The position numbers and the translations under genes are program-made. The notes under the pieces are model-generated. The model searched no databases. It was not told where the DNA came from and saw nothing but the letters and a program-made list of their open reading frames with translations. A stretch of 64,000 nucleotides of DNA from Polyangiales bacterium (GTDB lineage Bacteria; Myxococcota_A; Polyangia; Polyangiales; Ga0077539): contig JBGARZ010000006.1 in assembly GCA_044229975.1 (NCBI GenBank), positions 128,001 through 192,000 on the forward strand, written 5' to 3'. Positions 18,483 through 30,000 of this stretch are shown here, in pieces. Position 1 is the stretch's first letter. Each line of letters begins with the position of its first letter.

Positions 18483-19379
18483 ATGGTGCACAGCCCCTTC
18501 GGCAACGCGTTCAGGCCCGGCACCCGCTTCGTTCAGGAGGCCAGCGGGCTCGTCGAGGTGAGCACGCGCGTGCTCGGTGAGCTCAAGGTGGTGAGCGGAC
18601 GCATCGCCGCGTCGGACCCCTTCGTCACGGCCTTCGACGAGCCCGCTGCGGTCTTCGCGCGGACGGCGCCCGTCGGGGTGTTTCCCGTCGAGGCGTGCGT
18701 CGCCCGCTTCGATAACGCCGACGCCCGCGTGGCCTGCGCGCGCGTGCGCTTCGCCGCGACGGAGGCGGTGCGCTGGGAGATGGCCACCTTCGCCGGGCAG
18801 GAGGCGCTCGCGGACGACGAGGCAGCGGGCTACGGCGTCGACGCGGGCACCGGCTGCTTCTACGACGCGGAGGCGCGCGGCGACGTCGACGAGGCGACCG
18901 GCGCGGTGTGGCTCGCGGCGATGGAAGCGCGCGGCGTCGACACATGGTCGTGGCACGTGGCCGAGCTCAGCGGGGGCAACGTGGTGATGTTCTCGTCGGG
19001 GTGGGGGGATGGGTTCTACACGTCGTACTGGGGCTTCGACGGCGACGGCACCGTGGTGGAGCTGGTGACGGACTTCGCGGTGCTCATCGAGGCGGTGCAC
19101 GAGCGCTTCGAGGTTCCGCTGCCGTTGCCGCGCGGGAAGGTGGAGCACCCGCTGCTGACGAAGGCGGGCGCCACGCTGCGAGGGCCGCTGCTGTCGCGCA
19201 CGACGGCCATCCTCGGCGGCGAAGGGGGCGTGCGGGTCGAGCTGTCGAGCGGCGAGCCCGTGGAGATGAAGTGGGAAGGGAAGGAGCGGCGCTACACCTG
19301 GAAGAAGGCCGCGCCGGGGAGCCGACTGGTGGTCTCGGTGATGGTCGGCGTGAAGGCGATGGAGGCGGTGAGGGGCTAA
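18483..19379 (+). CDS. DUF4241-like protein
   Basis: SGRIAASDP, GYGVDAGTGCF, FSSGWGDGFYTSYWG. Confidence 0.8.
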   Translation: MVHSPFGNAFRPGTRFVQEASGLVEVSTRVLGELKVVSGRIAASDPFVTAFDEPAAVFARTAPVGVFPVEACVARFDNADARVACARVRFAATEAVRWEMATFAGQEALADDEAAGYGVDAGTGCFYDAEARGDVDEATGAVWLAAMEARGVDTWSWHVAELSGGNVVMFSSGWGDGFYTSYWGFDGDGTVVELVTDFAVLIEAVHERFEVPLPLPRGKVEHPLLTKAGATLRGPLLSRTTAILGGEGGVRVELSSGEPVEMKWEGKERRYTWKKAAPGSRLVVSVMVGVKAMEAVRG

Positions 19380-19383
19380 ACCG

Positions 19384-20763
19384 CTACGCGCGTCGCCGTC
19401 GGCGCACCAAGGTCGTCGCCGCGAGCGCGAGCGCACCCCACCACGCCGCGGGACGTCGCGCTCCGCCCGCCGTGTGGCAGCCGCAGCCGGACGTGTCGGG
19501 CGTCGCCCGCGACGCGTCGGGCGCGCTCCCGCTGTCGGCGCCGGCGTCCTTGTCGACCCCGGCGTCGGTGACCTCCACGTCGTCGGTCGGGACGTCGTCG
19601 TCGATGGCCGCGTCGGGCGCTTCTTCGCCGCCGTCGTAGGGCACCGTGGTGACGAGGCGCCCGCGGTTGGCCGTCGCCAGCGCGTAGCCCGACGCGCAGG
19701 AGCTGATGGCGTTGTCGAAGCTCGCGGCGAGCTCGTCGGTCACCTGATCGGGCGTCGCGAGCAGCACCCACATCACGTCGAGGTCACGCTCCGCCGTCGG
19801 GTACGCGGGCACGCGCACGCCGTTGGCGCGCTGGATGTCGGCGATGGTGAGGTCGACGCGACGCCCGCGGATCGTGACGGGACGCCCCGTGTAGTTGGGC
19901 GCGCTGTCGCGGTTGAGGTCACCGGGAACGCCCTGGGGCGAGTCGATGAGGAAGGTGGGCGGCACCTCGGAGGCGGGGATGAGTCCCATCGCGTAGAGGT
20001 CGAGCGGCGAAAAGCGGAAGCTCGGGAAGGCGGCGCGGAACGTCCCCGGCGAGGTCTCCATCCAGTTGTTGCCCTCCATCGGGGAGCCGCCCGTGTTGAA
20101 GAAGTAGCTCCAGTGCGAGCGGTTGACGACCATGCCGCCGGGGAGCTGGTTGCCGCGACCGAGCAGCGCCTCGCGCGCGAGCGGAGCGGGTCCACCATCG
20201 GCCACGCCACCGTCGGGAACACCGCCATCGGCGACGCTGTCGGGGTACGGCGGCACCACCATCGTCGCGCCGTAGCGGTGACCAAACTCCTGCGTGCAGA
20301 TGAGGAAGCGACCGAAGAGCTGCGTGCGCGCGTCGAGGTAGGTCAGGTACGAGTTGAGGAAGACAAACCCGTCGAGGGGGAAGGCCGTCCCGAAGGCGGT
20401 GTTGAGATCGAACAGCTCGGCGCGCGCGTCGAGCGGGCTGTGCTGACCGATGCCGCGCACGTCGTTGCGAATCGGCAGGTAGAACGCCAGCGGGCTCATG
20501 ACCGAAGGCACCTGCATCGCCGCGAGGTATCGCCCCTCGTGGAAGCCTTCGACGTTCTGCAACGCGGCGGTCACCTCCTGGAGGAAGGCGACGGTGCTCT
20601 GCGTGTTGGACACCGGGATGGTGTCGCCCCACTGCTCGTTGTCGTCCGTGACGATGTAGCCGTAGTGGGTGACGCGCGCGACGACGATCGCGTCGGCGGC
20701 GCTCGCCTGCAGCGCGAGCCCGAGGCCGACGATCGGGGCGAACCAACTTCTGTTCGGGTGCAT
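19384..20763 (-). CDS. Secreted zincin-like protein with MYXO-CTERM sorting signal
   Basis: Signal peptide; QEFGH and later SHW; tail SGCGC..hydrophobic..RRRRRA. Confidence 0.75.
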   Translation of the reverse strand: MHPNRSWFAPIVGLGLALQASAADAIVVARVTHYGYIVTDDNEQWGDTIPVSNTQSTVAFLQEVTAALQNVEGFHEGRYLAAMQVPSVMSPLAFYLPIRNDVRGIGQHSPLDARAELFDLNTAFGTAFPLDGFVFLNSYLTYLDARTQLFGRFLICTQEFGHRYGATMVVPPYPDSVADGGVPDGGVADGGPAPLAREALLGRGNQLPGGMVVNRSHWSYFFNTGGSPMEGNNWMETSPGTFRAAFPSFRFSPLDLYAMGLIPASEVPPTFLIDSPQGVPGDLNRDSAPNYTGRPVTIRGRRVDLTIADIQRANGVRVPAYPTAERDLDVMWVLLATPDQVTDELAASFDNAISSCASGYALATANRGRLVTTVPYDGGEEAPDAAIDDDVPTDDVEVTDAGVDKDAGADSGSAPDASRATPDTSGCGCHTAGGARRPAAWWGALALAATTLVRRRRRA

Positions 20764-20878
20764 AGGGGCGCGCAGTCTCTCCGAGTGCGGCCCGAAACGG
20801 AATGCGCTGACGACCCTTCGACGTCGAAGGTCAGTCCACGGCACCGGAGGGGTGAGGCGGACGCGAAACCGCAGCGGT

Positions 20879-21655
20879 TCAGCGCGAGCGGGTGAACGTA
20901 CGCATCGACGACCCGCGGAACATCGTGAACGCCAGCTCGGTGCTCGTCACCGTCACCGGGCCCGTGTAGTCCGCCGCGGTGGAGGTCACGTTCGACTCGG
21001 GGAGCGACATCTGCGCCACGTCGCGGGAGCTGTCGGTGCAGCGCGTGACCTCGGTGGTTCCGACGTCGAAGCGGGCCGTGAAGGTCGAGCCGGTGAGCGC
21101 CCAGCTACCCTGGTACTCGTTGGTGGTCACGCAGCCCGACCCGGAGAGCGTGTTGACCGACTGGTACCGCAGCATGCCCGTGGACGGCCCGCCCATGATG
21201 TCCAGGCGGTACTCGAACATCGGCGCCGTCGTGCTGAACTCCCAGGTCGCAACGATGCTCGCCGGCGTCGCGGTGCCCGTGTCGGTGGGCGTCTCGCCCG
21301 CGTCGGTGGGCGTCTCCCCGGCGTCGGTGGGCGTCTCGCCCGCGTCGGTCGCTCCGCCCGTGACGCAGTCGGTGTACGCCTGGCCCTGGGTCGCGCACGA
21401 CGGGCCGCCGCCCTGGGTAAACCCGCACATCTGACCGCTCGCAGCGGCGCACCGCACGACGGCGTTGTACTGGCTCTGACACCGCGGCACCGCGGTGCCG
21501 CCGGCCTCGCACATCGCCGCGCAGCCCGATGGACACGAGGCAGCGGCGCAGAGCGTGGCGCACGGGGTGGTGGTCGCAGCGCCTGCGTCGGGGGAGGCCG
21601 CGCCGCCGGACGAACAAGCCGCGAGGAGGAAGGCAGAGAGGAAGAGTCGCTTCAT
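20879..21655 (-). CDS. Cys-rich lipoprotein with DAGETPT linker
   Basis: MKRLFLSAFLLAAC lipobox; Cys-rich domain followed by beta-rich domain. Confidence 0.8.
   Translation of the reverse strand: MKRLFLSAFLLAACSSGGAASPDAGAATTTPCATLCAAASCPSGCAAMCEAGGTAVPRCQSQYNAVVRCAAASGQMCGFTQGGGPSCATQGQAYTDCVTGGATDAGETPTDAGETPTDAGETPTDTGTATPASIVATWEFSTTAPMFEYRLDIMGGPSTGMLRYQSVNTLSGSGCVTTNEYQGSWALTGSTFTARFDVGTTEVTRCTDSSRDVAQMSLPESNVTSTAADYTGPVTVTSTELAFTMFRGSSMRTFTRSR
21281..21349 (-). repeat. 21-bp coding tandem repeat, 3 copies (DAGETPT)
   Basis: GTCGGTGGGCGTCTCGCCCGC units on the + strand. Confidence 0.85.
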
Positions 21656-21697
21656 GGGAATTTCGTTCTCCGGTTGAGAGGTCGCGACACGCCCATC

Positions 21698-21712
21698 GCA
21701 ACCGACATGCCG
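21698..21712 (-). promoter_or_regulatory. Putative sigma54 (-24/-12) promoter
   Basis: Minus strand CGGCATGTCGGTTGC has exact GG-N10-GC spacing, ~43 bp upstream of the lipoprotein ATG; bEBP gene is divergent. Confidence 0.65.
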
Positions 21713-21838
21713 CTGCGCCCGGAGGTTGCAACCGACGGCTCTGTCATGAGCCATCCACTCCCCCGCACTCGCGTCGACGCGCGCTCGCTGGTCGCCGCGC
21801 TGGTCCCTCCCGCGCGGCACATCCACTCCCGAGAGCGA

Positions 21839-21850
21839 GACACCGGTGTC
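21839..21850. promoter_or_regulatory. Palindrome, candidate enhancer (UAS)
   Basis: Perfect GACACCGGTGTC ~130 bp upstream of the -24 box. Confidence 0.4.
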
Positions 21851-21894
21851 CCGCCCGGAGGACACGCGCGACCCGCCCTGAGGGCCGGACGTCG

Positions 21895-23271
<1,377 letters not shown>

Positions 23272-24714
23272 CTACGGGCTGAGCACGAAGCGCCGCGGCA
23301 GCGTCAGGTTGCCGGTGGCGCCCAGGGTCGTGATGGCGCCGTCGGTCGGGCTCACGAAGATCGCGGTGGGCGAAAACGGGGTGGGCGAGAGGTCGAGGGT
23401 GGCGGTTCCGCCGACGCCGAAGGACACGTCGAGGCGCCCATCGGGCGTGAGGCGGTGCACCTTGCCGATGATGCCCCGGTCGGTCGCGCCGAGCAGCAGC
23501 CGACCGTCGCACTGCCGCGCGAGCATGTGATTGAGGAGGTAGCTCGGGTGGCGGAGCCACGGGGACACGAACACCCCGCCCGCGCCGAAGGATGCGTCGA
23601 AGCGACCCGCGTGGTCGAAGCGCACCGCGGCGCTCGTGAGCGTGTCGAGCCGCGTGACGTCCCCCCAGCTCCCGGCGACCACGTACCCGCCGCGGCTGTC
23701 GGCGACCGCGGACCGCAGCAGCATGCCTTGAGGGAGCGCGCGCTCTGCCGCCCCGCCGACGCCGAACCATGGCACCCGGGCCCCGCGCGGATCGAGCGCG
23801 AGGAGGTAGGGGGCGGAGCGGCGCGTGGTGCCGACGACCAGCAGGCCCCACGCGGTTCGCAGCAGCGTGCCGATGCCCTGCACCTCCGGGGCGACGACGC
23901 GGCCCGCCTCGCCGAAGGTGCGGTCGACGCTGCCGTCCCAGCGGAGGCGCACGACGACGCCGTAGGTGCCGATCGAGAAGGGGTGGATGTCCTCGCCCGC
24001 GACGGTGATGCCCTCCTCGTCGGCGACGACCGCCGTGAGGTAGCGCAGCGGGAAGTCCCACGACACGGCGTCGGGGAAGGTGAACACACCTCCCTGGGCG
24101 AAGGCCGGGTCGGGCGCACCATCGTCACGCAGGACCACGACGAGGCCCGCCGCGAGCGCGCCGGGTCGCACCGTCTCGCTGCCCACGAGCACCGCGCGCT
24201 CGCCCACGAAGGTCACGTCGCGCAGGTACGCCGCGCTGCCGTCCATGGCCTGCGGAGACGACACGCAGACGCGTCCGCCGACGCCGAAGGAGTCGTCGAC
24301 GGTGCCGTCGGGGAGGAGCCGCACCACCGCGGGCTCCAGCGCGGCGCCCGCGCGCCGACAACCAGACGCCACGCCGACGAGCCAGATGCGACCGCGGCCG
24401 TCCACCACCGCGCCGCTGTGCCCGAAGCCCACGAAGGCTCGAGCGCGCGGGTCGGCGAAGGGCCGCAACGACGGAACGCCCGCCGCGCCCGAAGACCCGG
24501 GGCAGCCCGAGACGTCGTCCACCGCGACGTCGTCGATCGCCGCCACCACGTCGCTCGACCCCACGTCGGACGACGCCACGTCCGGCAATTGTTGGAGGGC
24601 GACGTCCGCGTCCGTGGCGGCGTCGCTGTCGCGCACGCCCACGATGGGTGTGCACGCGACGAGCGCGGTGACGAGGAGCGCGGATCGTACCGGAGACGAG
24701 CAGGTGGGGTTCAT
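23272..24714 (-). CDS. Lipoprotein with delta-60-type beta-propeller repeats
   Basis: LVAC lipobox; repeated RLxxDGxxDxxFGxGG. Confidence 0.8.
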   Translation of the reverse strand: MNPTCSSPVRSALLVTALVACTPIVGVRDSDAATDADVALQQLPDVASSDVGSSDVVAAIDDVAVDDVSGCPGSSGAAGVPSLRPFADPRARAFVGFGHSGAVVDGRGRIWLVGVASGCRRAGAALEPAVVRLLPDGTVDDSFGVGGRVCVSSPQAMDGSAAYLRDVTFVGERAVLVGSETVRPGALAAGLVVVLRDDGAPDPAFAQGGVFTFPDAVSWDFPLRYLTAVVADEEGITVAGEDIHPFSIGTYGVVVRLRWDGSVDRTFGEAGRVVAPEVQGIGTLLRTAWGLLVVGTTRRSAPYLLALDPRGARVPWFGVGGAAERALPQGMLLRSAVADSRGGYVVAGSWGDVTRLDTLTSAAVRFDHAGRFDASFGAGGVFVSPWLRHPSYLLNHMLARQCDGRLLLGATDRGIIGKVHRLTPDGRLDVSFGVGGTATLDLSPTPFSPTAIFVSPTDGAITTLGATGNLTLPRRFVLSP

Positions 24715-24728
24715 CGGTGGTGCGGCGA

Positions 24729-25727
24729 TCAGAATCGCACTTCGCATGCCAGCGAACGCCACCCCGGGCCGCAGCGCCACGTGCTGCGCGGCGTGCTCCG
24801 ACGGTCGAGCAGGAGCGCGGAGAGTCCGCCCACGAGGAGGGCGCCACCCGCCGCGAAGCCGACCCAGCGCGCGGTGCCCCAGGTGGCCTCGGCGTCGAGG
24901 AGATCGCGGCAGTTGGCCGAGAGCCCCTGCATCGAGGCCGGGCAGCGCTCACGCTCGTTGTAGCCCTGCGCGGCGTCTTCCCGCAGGACGACCGCCACGA
25001 CGCCAAACAACACCCCGGCGCCACCGACGACGGTGAGGGTCAGCCCGAGGCCACGCAGCGCCGAGGCGCCCGACGACACGACCGCGCGCGGTGGCGGGGT
25101 CGACACGACCACGGGCGGCGGTGCGACGACGGGCGGTGCGACGATGGGCGGTGCGACGACGGGCGACTCCACGGCGGCGGCCGCGAGGACGATCTCTTCG
25201 CGCAGCGTGGCGCCCGGATCGACGACGAGGCGGCGATGAACAGGGGCGTAGCCGTCGGCGCGGAGCTCGATGTTCACCGTGCCGGCGAGGACGCGGAGCG
25301 GGGCCGCGAGGGGGAGCGTTCCGACAGGGTGACCGTCGACGGAGACCGCGGCGCCCGCGGGCTGGCCCACGAGTTCGACCTCACCGACGTGCTGCTGCAC
25401 CACGCGGAGCGCGGCGTCGAGGGGCGCCCGGTGGAGCCGCACCCAGGCGTCCTGTGGGGTCGTCGCGACGAGGCGGAGGAAGTGGTCGGCCTCGACCCAG
25501 TGACCGAGCGCCTGGTGCGCGAGGCCAACCTGCGCCGCGACCCGGGGCGAGCGATCGAGGGCCCACGCCGCCTCGAACTGCGTGAGCGCGTCGGCCTCTG
25601 CGCCGCGCTGACGAAGCGCGAAGCCCGCGCGAAGGTGCTCCTCGGCGGTCTGGGCTGCTGCCTCACCGATCAGGCCCCACCACCCGGCCGCGATCAGCGC
25701 GATGAACGCAGGTCGAACACGCACCAC
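24729..25727 (-). CDS. TPR-PEGA protein with C-terminal hydrophobic segments
   Basis: Signal peptide, TPR-like helices, PAGAAVSVDG..ADGY, Pro linker, two Gly-rich hydrophobic helices, terminal Phe; start approximate. Confidence 0.8.
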   Translation of the reverse strand: MVRVRPAFIALIAAGWWGLIGEAAAQTAEEHLRAGFALRQRGAEADALTQFEAAWALDRSPRVAAQVGLAHQALGHWVEADHFLRLVATTPQDAWVRLHRAPLDAALRVVQQHVGEVELVGQPAGAAVSVDGHPVGTLPLAAPLRVLAGTVNIELRADGYAPVHRRLVVDPGATLREEIVLAAAAVESPVVAPPIVAPPVVAPPPVVVSTPPPRAVVSSGASALRGLGLTLTVVGGAGVLFGVVAVVLREDAAQGYNERERCPASMQGLSANCRDLLDAEATWGTARWVGFAAGGALLVGGLSALLLDRRSTPRSTWRCGPGWRSLACEVRF

Positions 25728-25767
25728 GGCGAAGGCTACTCCGATCGCAAAGCGCCCGTACAGGGTC

Positions 25768-26991
25768 TCACGGGGGGATGAGCAGGGCGCCGTTGCGAGG
25801 CGACGCCACGGGGACGACGACCGGCAGCACACGGGGCGCGCGGCGCGGCGGTGCAGCGGTCGTGGCGACCGGCGTGGTGGTGGGCGCAGCGACGAGCGCG
25901 ACGACGGACGCGGGCATCGGCGCCGGGGCGGAGGGCGGGGTCACCGTCGCGACCTGCACGCTGACCGGGACAGCGGTGACGGGCGCGCGGGGACGCTCTT
26001 CGCGGCGCGCCCACAGCATGAGCCCGAGGACGAGCAGCACGATCGCCGACGCCGCGACGAACCGACGGGCGGGCGGCCGTGACGCGACGACGACAGGCGC
26101 GAGCAGCGCCGCGGCGAAGGCGCGCATGGTGGGGTGACGTTGCTCGCGGTCGGGTTCGAGGCACCGGTCGATGGCGGCGGCGACGGGGGCGGGCACCTCG
26201 GGCGCGACGTCGGCGAGGCGGGGCGCCCGGCGCGTGAGCACCTGCGCGATGACGTCGTTGTAGTTGACCCCGGCGAAGGGAGGCGCGCCCGCGAGCACCT
26301 CGTACAAGACCACGCCCATCGCCCAGACGTCGGCGCGCGCGTCGAGGTCGGACTGACCGCGGGCCTGCTCCGGGGCCATGTAGCCGGCGGTGCCCAGGAC
26401 GGCACCCGTACGGGTGACGGCGACGCGGGCGCTCTCGGCCTCGTGGATGCGCGCGATGCCGAAGTCGATGAGCCGCGCGAAGGGGCCGTCGGGGCGCTCT
26501 TCCAGGAAGATGTTCTCGGGCTTCACGTCGCGGTGGATGACGCCGACCTCGTGCGCCGCGGCGAGGGCTTCGAGCAGCGGGCCCAGCAGCGCGAGGGCGT
26601 CATCCGTCGGGAGCCTTCCGCGGCGCCGGAGGTGACGGCGGAGGTCTTCCCCGACGAGAAACTCCTGCACCATGAACACCGCCCCGTTCGCCCGGTCGCG
26701 GCCCATGTCGAGCACCTCCACCACGCGCGGGTGATGCGTCCGCGCGGCGGCGCGCGCCTCGGCCTGGAAGCGCTCCATGGTCGCGGGCGCCGGGGTGGCC
26801 ATGGCGTCGCTGTCCGCGAAGCGCCCGGTGCGCAGCACCTTCACGGCGACGCGCCGCTCGGTCCAGGTGTGCACGGCCTCGTAGACGTCGGCCATGCCGC
26901 CGCACCCGACGAGCCGCACGAGGCGGTAGCGACCCGCGAGGGTCTCCCCGGCCATGGCGCCCTGCTCGTCACTGATCTCTTCGGCGGTCAT
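25768..26991 (-). CDS. Ser/Thr protein kinase with TM helix
   Basis: GCGGMADVY, VAVKVL, HRDVKPEN, DFG, GTAGYMAPEQ. Confidence 0.95.
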   Translation of the reverse strand: MTAEEISDEQGAMAGETLAGRYRLVRLVGCGGMADVYEAVHTWTERRVAVKVLRTGRFADSDAMATPAPATMERFQAEARAAARTHHPRVVEVLDMGRDRANGAVFMVQEFLVGEDLRRHLRRRGRLPTDDALALLGPLLEALAAAHEVGVIHRDVKPENIFLEERPDGPFARLIDFGIARIHEAESARVAVTRTGAVLGTAGYMAPEQARGQSDLDARADVWAMGVVLYEVLAGAPPFAGVNYNDVIAQVLTRRAPRLADVAPEVPAPVAAAIDRCLEPDREQRHPTMRAFAAALLAPVVVASRPPARRFVAASAIVLLVLGLMLWARREERPRAPVTAVPVSVQVATVTPPSAPAPMPASVVALVAAPTTTPVATTAAPPRRAPRVLPVVVPVASPRNGALLIPP

Positions 26992-26993
26992 CG

Positions 26994-27020
26994 GATGCCA
27001 ACCCGTCGCGAGTTGGCATC
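26994..27020. promoter_or_regulatory. 9-bp inverted repeat abutting the kinase start codon
   Basis: GATGCCAAC-N9-GTTGGCATC. Confidence 0.35.
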
Positions 27021-27086
27021 GTACACCGCACGCCCGCGACGTCAGCGTCGCACCGACCGCGCCTCGCACTACGGCGTGGTGGTGCC

Positions 27087-30000
27087 CTACGGCGCGGCGC
27101 GCAGCACGCAGGTTCCGTGGTCGAGCACCTGGTCATCACGGCAGGCGCCCAGCGCGGCCCACGCGCGCAGTGCCTCCACCGCGGCGGTGGGGACGAGGTC
27201 GCAGCGCGGCCGCGCGGCCGTGACGGCATCCAGGCCGGGCATGTTGCCCGTCGGGTTGAACCACCGGAGCTTGGACTGCGGACTGAAGAGCCGTGAGGTC
27301 GGCGCCGACGCCCCTGGCGTGATGTGTCCGCCGCTGACCATGTACGCATAGAAACTGTTCGAGGTCGCCGCCCAGGTCGTGTGGCACCCCGCGCAGCGCC
27401 TGAGGCCGGGCGGTGTGTCGGTGTCGAAGTACGCGGTGTAGATCGCGTTCCAGGTGGTGGGCACCGTGCCGGTGTGCGTGGGCGGGCAGTACCCCGGGTC
27501 GCCGCAGTCCTCGGGCGTACCGCCGTCGCGAATCGCGTCGAAGAGCCCATACATCGTCACGCCGTTGCCCGACGAGACAAACGCCCGGCCGCCCGCCACC
27601 GTCGGCGGGACGAAGGTCTCGAAGCCCCCGAGGCCGTCGCGGGTGTCCGAGGTGCTGCGGTAGATGGGCCCGCCGCTGAGGTGCTCGGCGTCGAACGCCA
27701 GCAGCTCGCCCGCGCACGTGGGCACCACGGCCCAGAGCACCCCGGTGCCCGCGGTGGTGCCGCGCGCCGAGAGCGCCAGCGCCGTGCTGCGGTCGTGCAG
27801 CAGGTCGTTGGTCGGCGTGTACCGGTCGCCCACGCAGGTGGGCTGCACCGGCGCTCCTTCGACCCCCAGCTCGCTGCCGCACACGCCGTCGTGCAGGGTC
27901 GTGCTGGTGTACGGCGGCAGTGATCCGGCGCCGCAGCCGACGGTGTCGGTCATCCGATCGTGCGACCAGCTCTGGAGCGCAAGCCGACTGGGCCAGACGT
28001 ACACACGCCCGCCGGTGGCCGTGGGCAGGTACACCGTTCCGCCGAAGACGTGGCCGCCGCCGCGCCACGGGTTGTTGGGACCGTCGCTGCTGGTCAGGCC
28101 CTCGAAGTAGAAGCGCTGCCGCATGCCGGGCTCGATCGCGTCGCGCGCCGCGCGGTGCCCGAGGCTCGACGCGCGCAGCAGGAGCATCTCCGCCGACTTG
28201 CCCGCCGCGAGCAAGAGGTCGGAGCCCGGCACCAGCGTCGGGCCGCCGGAGGCGAGGTCGAGGTCGTTGTTGTCGAGCGCCTCCCAGTTGTTGGGGATGT
28301 AGTAGTCGCGCACGGCGAGGCCCGTCGCGCTCGCCCCGAGGCGCACCACCGCGTCGGTCATGTCGGGGTCGCCCGCGGTGTCCGAGACGTCGGGGTGGTA
28401 GGTGTTGCCCGTGGTGATGAAGACGTCCCCGGTGCCGGTGCTCGCGGGCCCGCGTCCGCCCTGCCAGATGCCACCACCGTTGCCGAGGGGGCAACCCGTC
28501 CCGCCCGCGGTCTCGCTGCCGTGGAGGTAGCGGCACGAGCAGGTCGCCGCGCCGCGCGTCGTGGTGGCGTAGATGCCCGCCCGGACGAGCGTCGCGGCGT
28601 CGTAGGTCATCACCCAGCCGTGGTACGGCGTCTGGTCGCAGGTGCCGCCGAAGGCGATCCAGATGCGCCCGTCCTGGAGCAGCAACGCCGGGCGCTGAAA
28701 CTGGAGCCGCGGCTGGAATTCCACCGTGCGCGGCATGGACATGGTCGCGTCGGCGGCGCTCCCGATCACCGACCCTTCGATGACGCGCGGCGACCCGGCG
28801 CGCTCGGCGCCCGTGATGAGGTCGACGGCGTGCAGCTCGAAGACGGCGTCGCTCCAGAGGTTGGGCGGAGCGCCCGTGCCCGGATCGATGGCCCGCTTGC
28901 TGACGAAGTAGACGGTGCGCGTGCGCAGGTCGACCGCGGGCGTGCTGGTGATGCCCGCCGTCGACCGGATGTTGCTGACGCAGCCCGCGAAGGTGCCGCC
29001 GCCCGGCAGCGGGCGCTCGGTGACGTGGTCGAAGGCCTGCCCGACGTTGCGGTGCCACAGCTCGATGGGCGTCGTCCCCTGCACGTCGTAGGCGTAGAGG
29101 GAGTTGGCCTCCGTCGCGACGAGCAGCGCGTCGTGGCCGTTGACGGCGCCGCCGAGAAACAGCGGCTGCGCGTGCACCTGACCGTCCACGGTGATGCGCG
29201 CGAGGCGGCCAAACCTCCGCTCGCGCACGTTGGCTGGCGTGAGCGCGGACTCGCGCACGTTGGCGCCGGTGCGCCGGGTGTCGTTGGCCTGCTCGATGAC
29301 CAGGCTGTCGTAGCGCCCGAAGCCCACCACCTGCTCGGGCCACGCGACGGTCGCGTCGAGGCGGTGACCCAGCCCGAGCTGCCCGACCTCGTTGCGACCC
29401 GACACCCAGAGGTGCGTGCCCTGCACGACGAAGGTCGTCGCCGCGCCCGCCGCGATCGCCCCGTCCCGCGACGCGTCGGCCGGAATCGTCGACAGCGGCT
29501 GCGGGAAGCCCGCGCCCATGGTGCCCGGGAGCTGCCCGCTGGTGTTGGCGCCGAAGCCCCACGGCGCGCCGTCGAGCGCGCGCACGAGCGTGTGGTTGTC
29601 TCCCGCGCTCACGCGGCGCGCGAGCAGGCCCTCGATGGGCCCGGGCGGCAACCACCGGCTGTCCGTCGTCGGAGCCCCGCGGCCGAGCTGACCCGCGAGG
29701 TTGGCGCCCCAGGTCCAGACGGTGTCGTTCTGTGCGAGGGCGATGACGTGACCTTCGCCCGCGGAGACCGCCGCGATGGGCGGCAGACCCTCCACGCGAA
29801 ACGGCGGCGACGGCGCGCCCGAGGGCGTCACGCCGAGCTGCCCGACGGTGTTGTCACCCCAGGTCCACACCGCGCCATCGGCCGCGACGCCGACGCCGAA
29901 GCCGTGTCCGGCGGCGATGGCCACCAGCGGCGGCAACCCCGGAACGTCATGCATCGACTCACCGTCGTTGGCGACGCCGTGCTGCCCGACGCTGTTGTCC

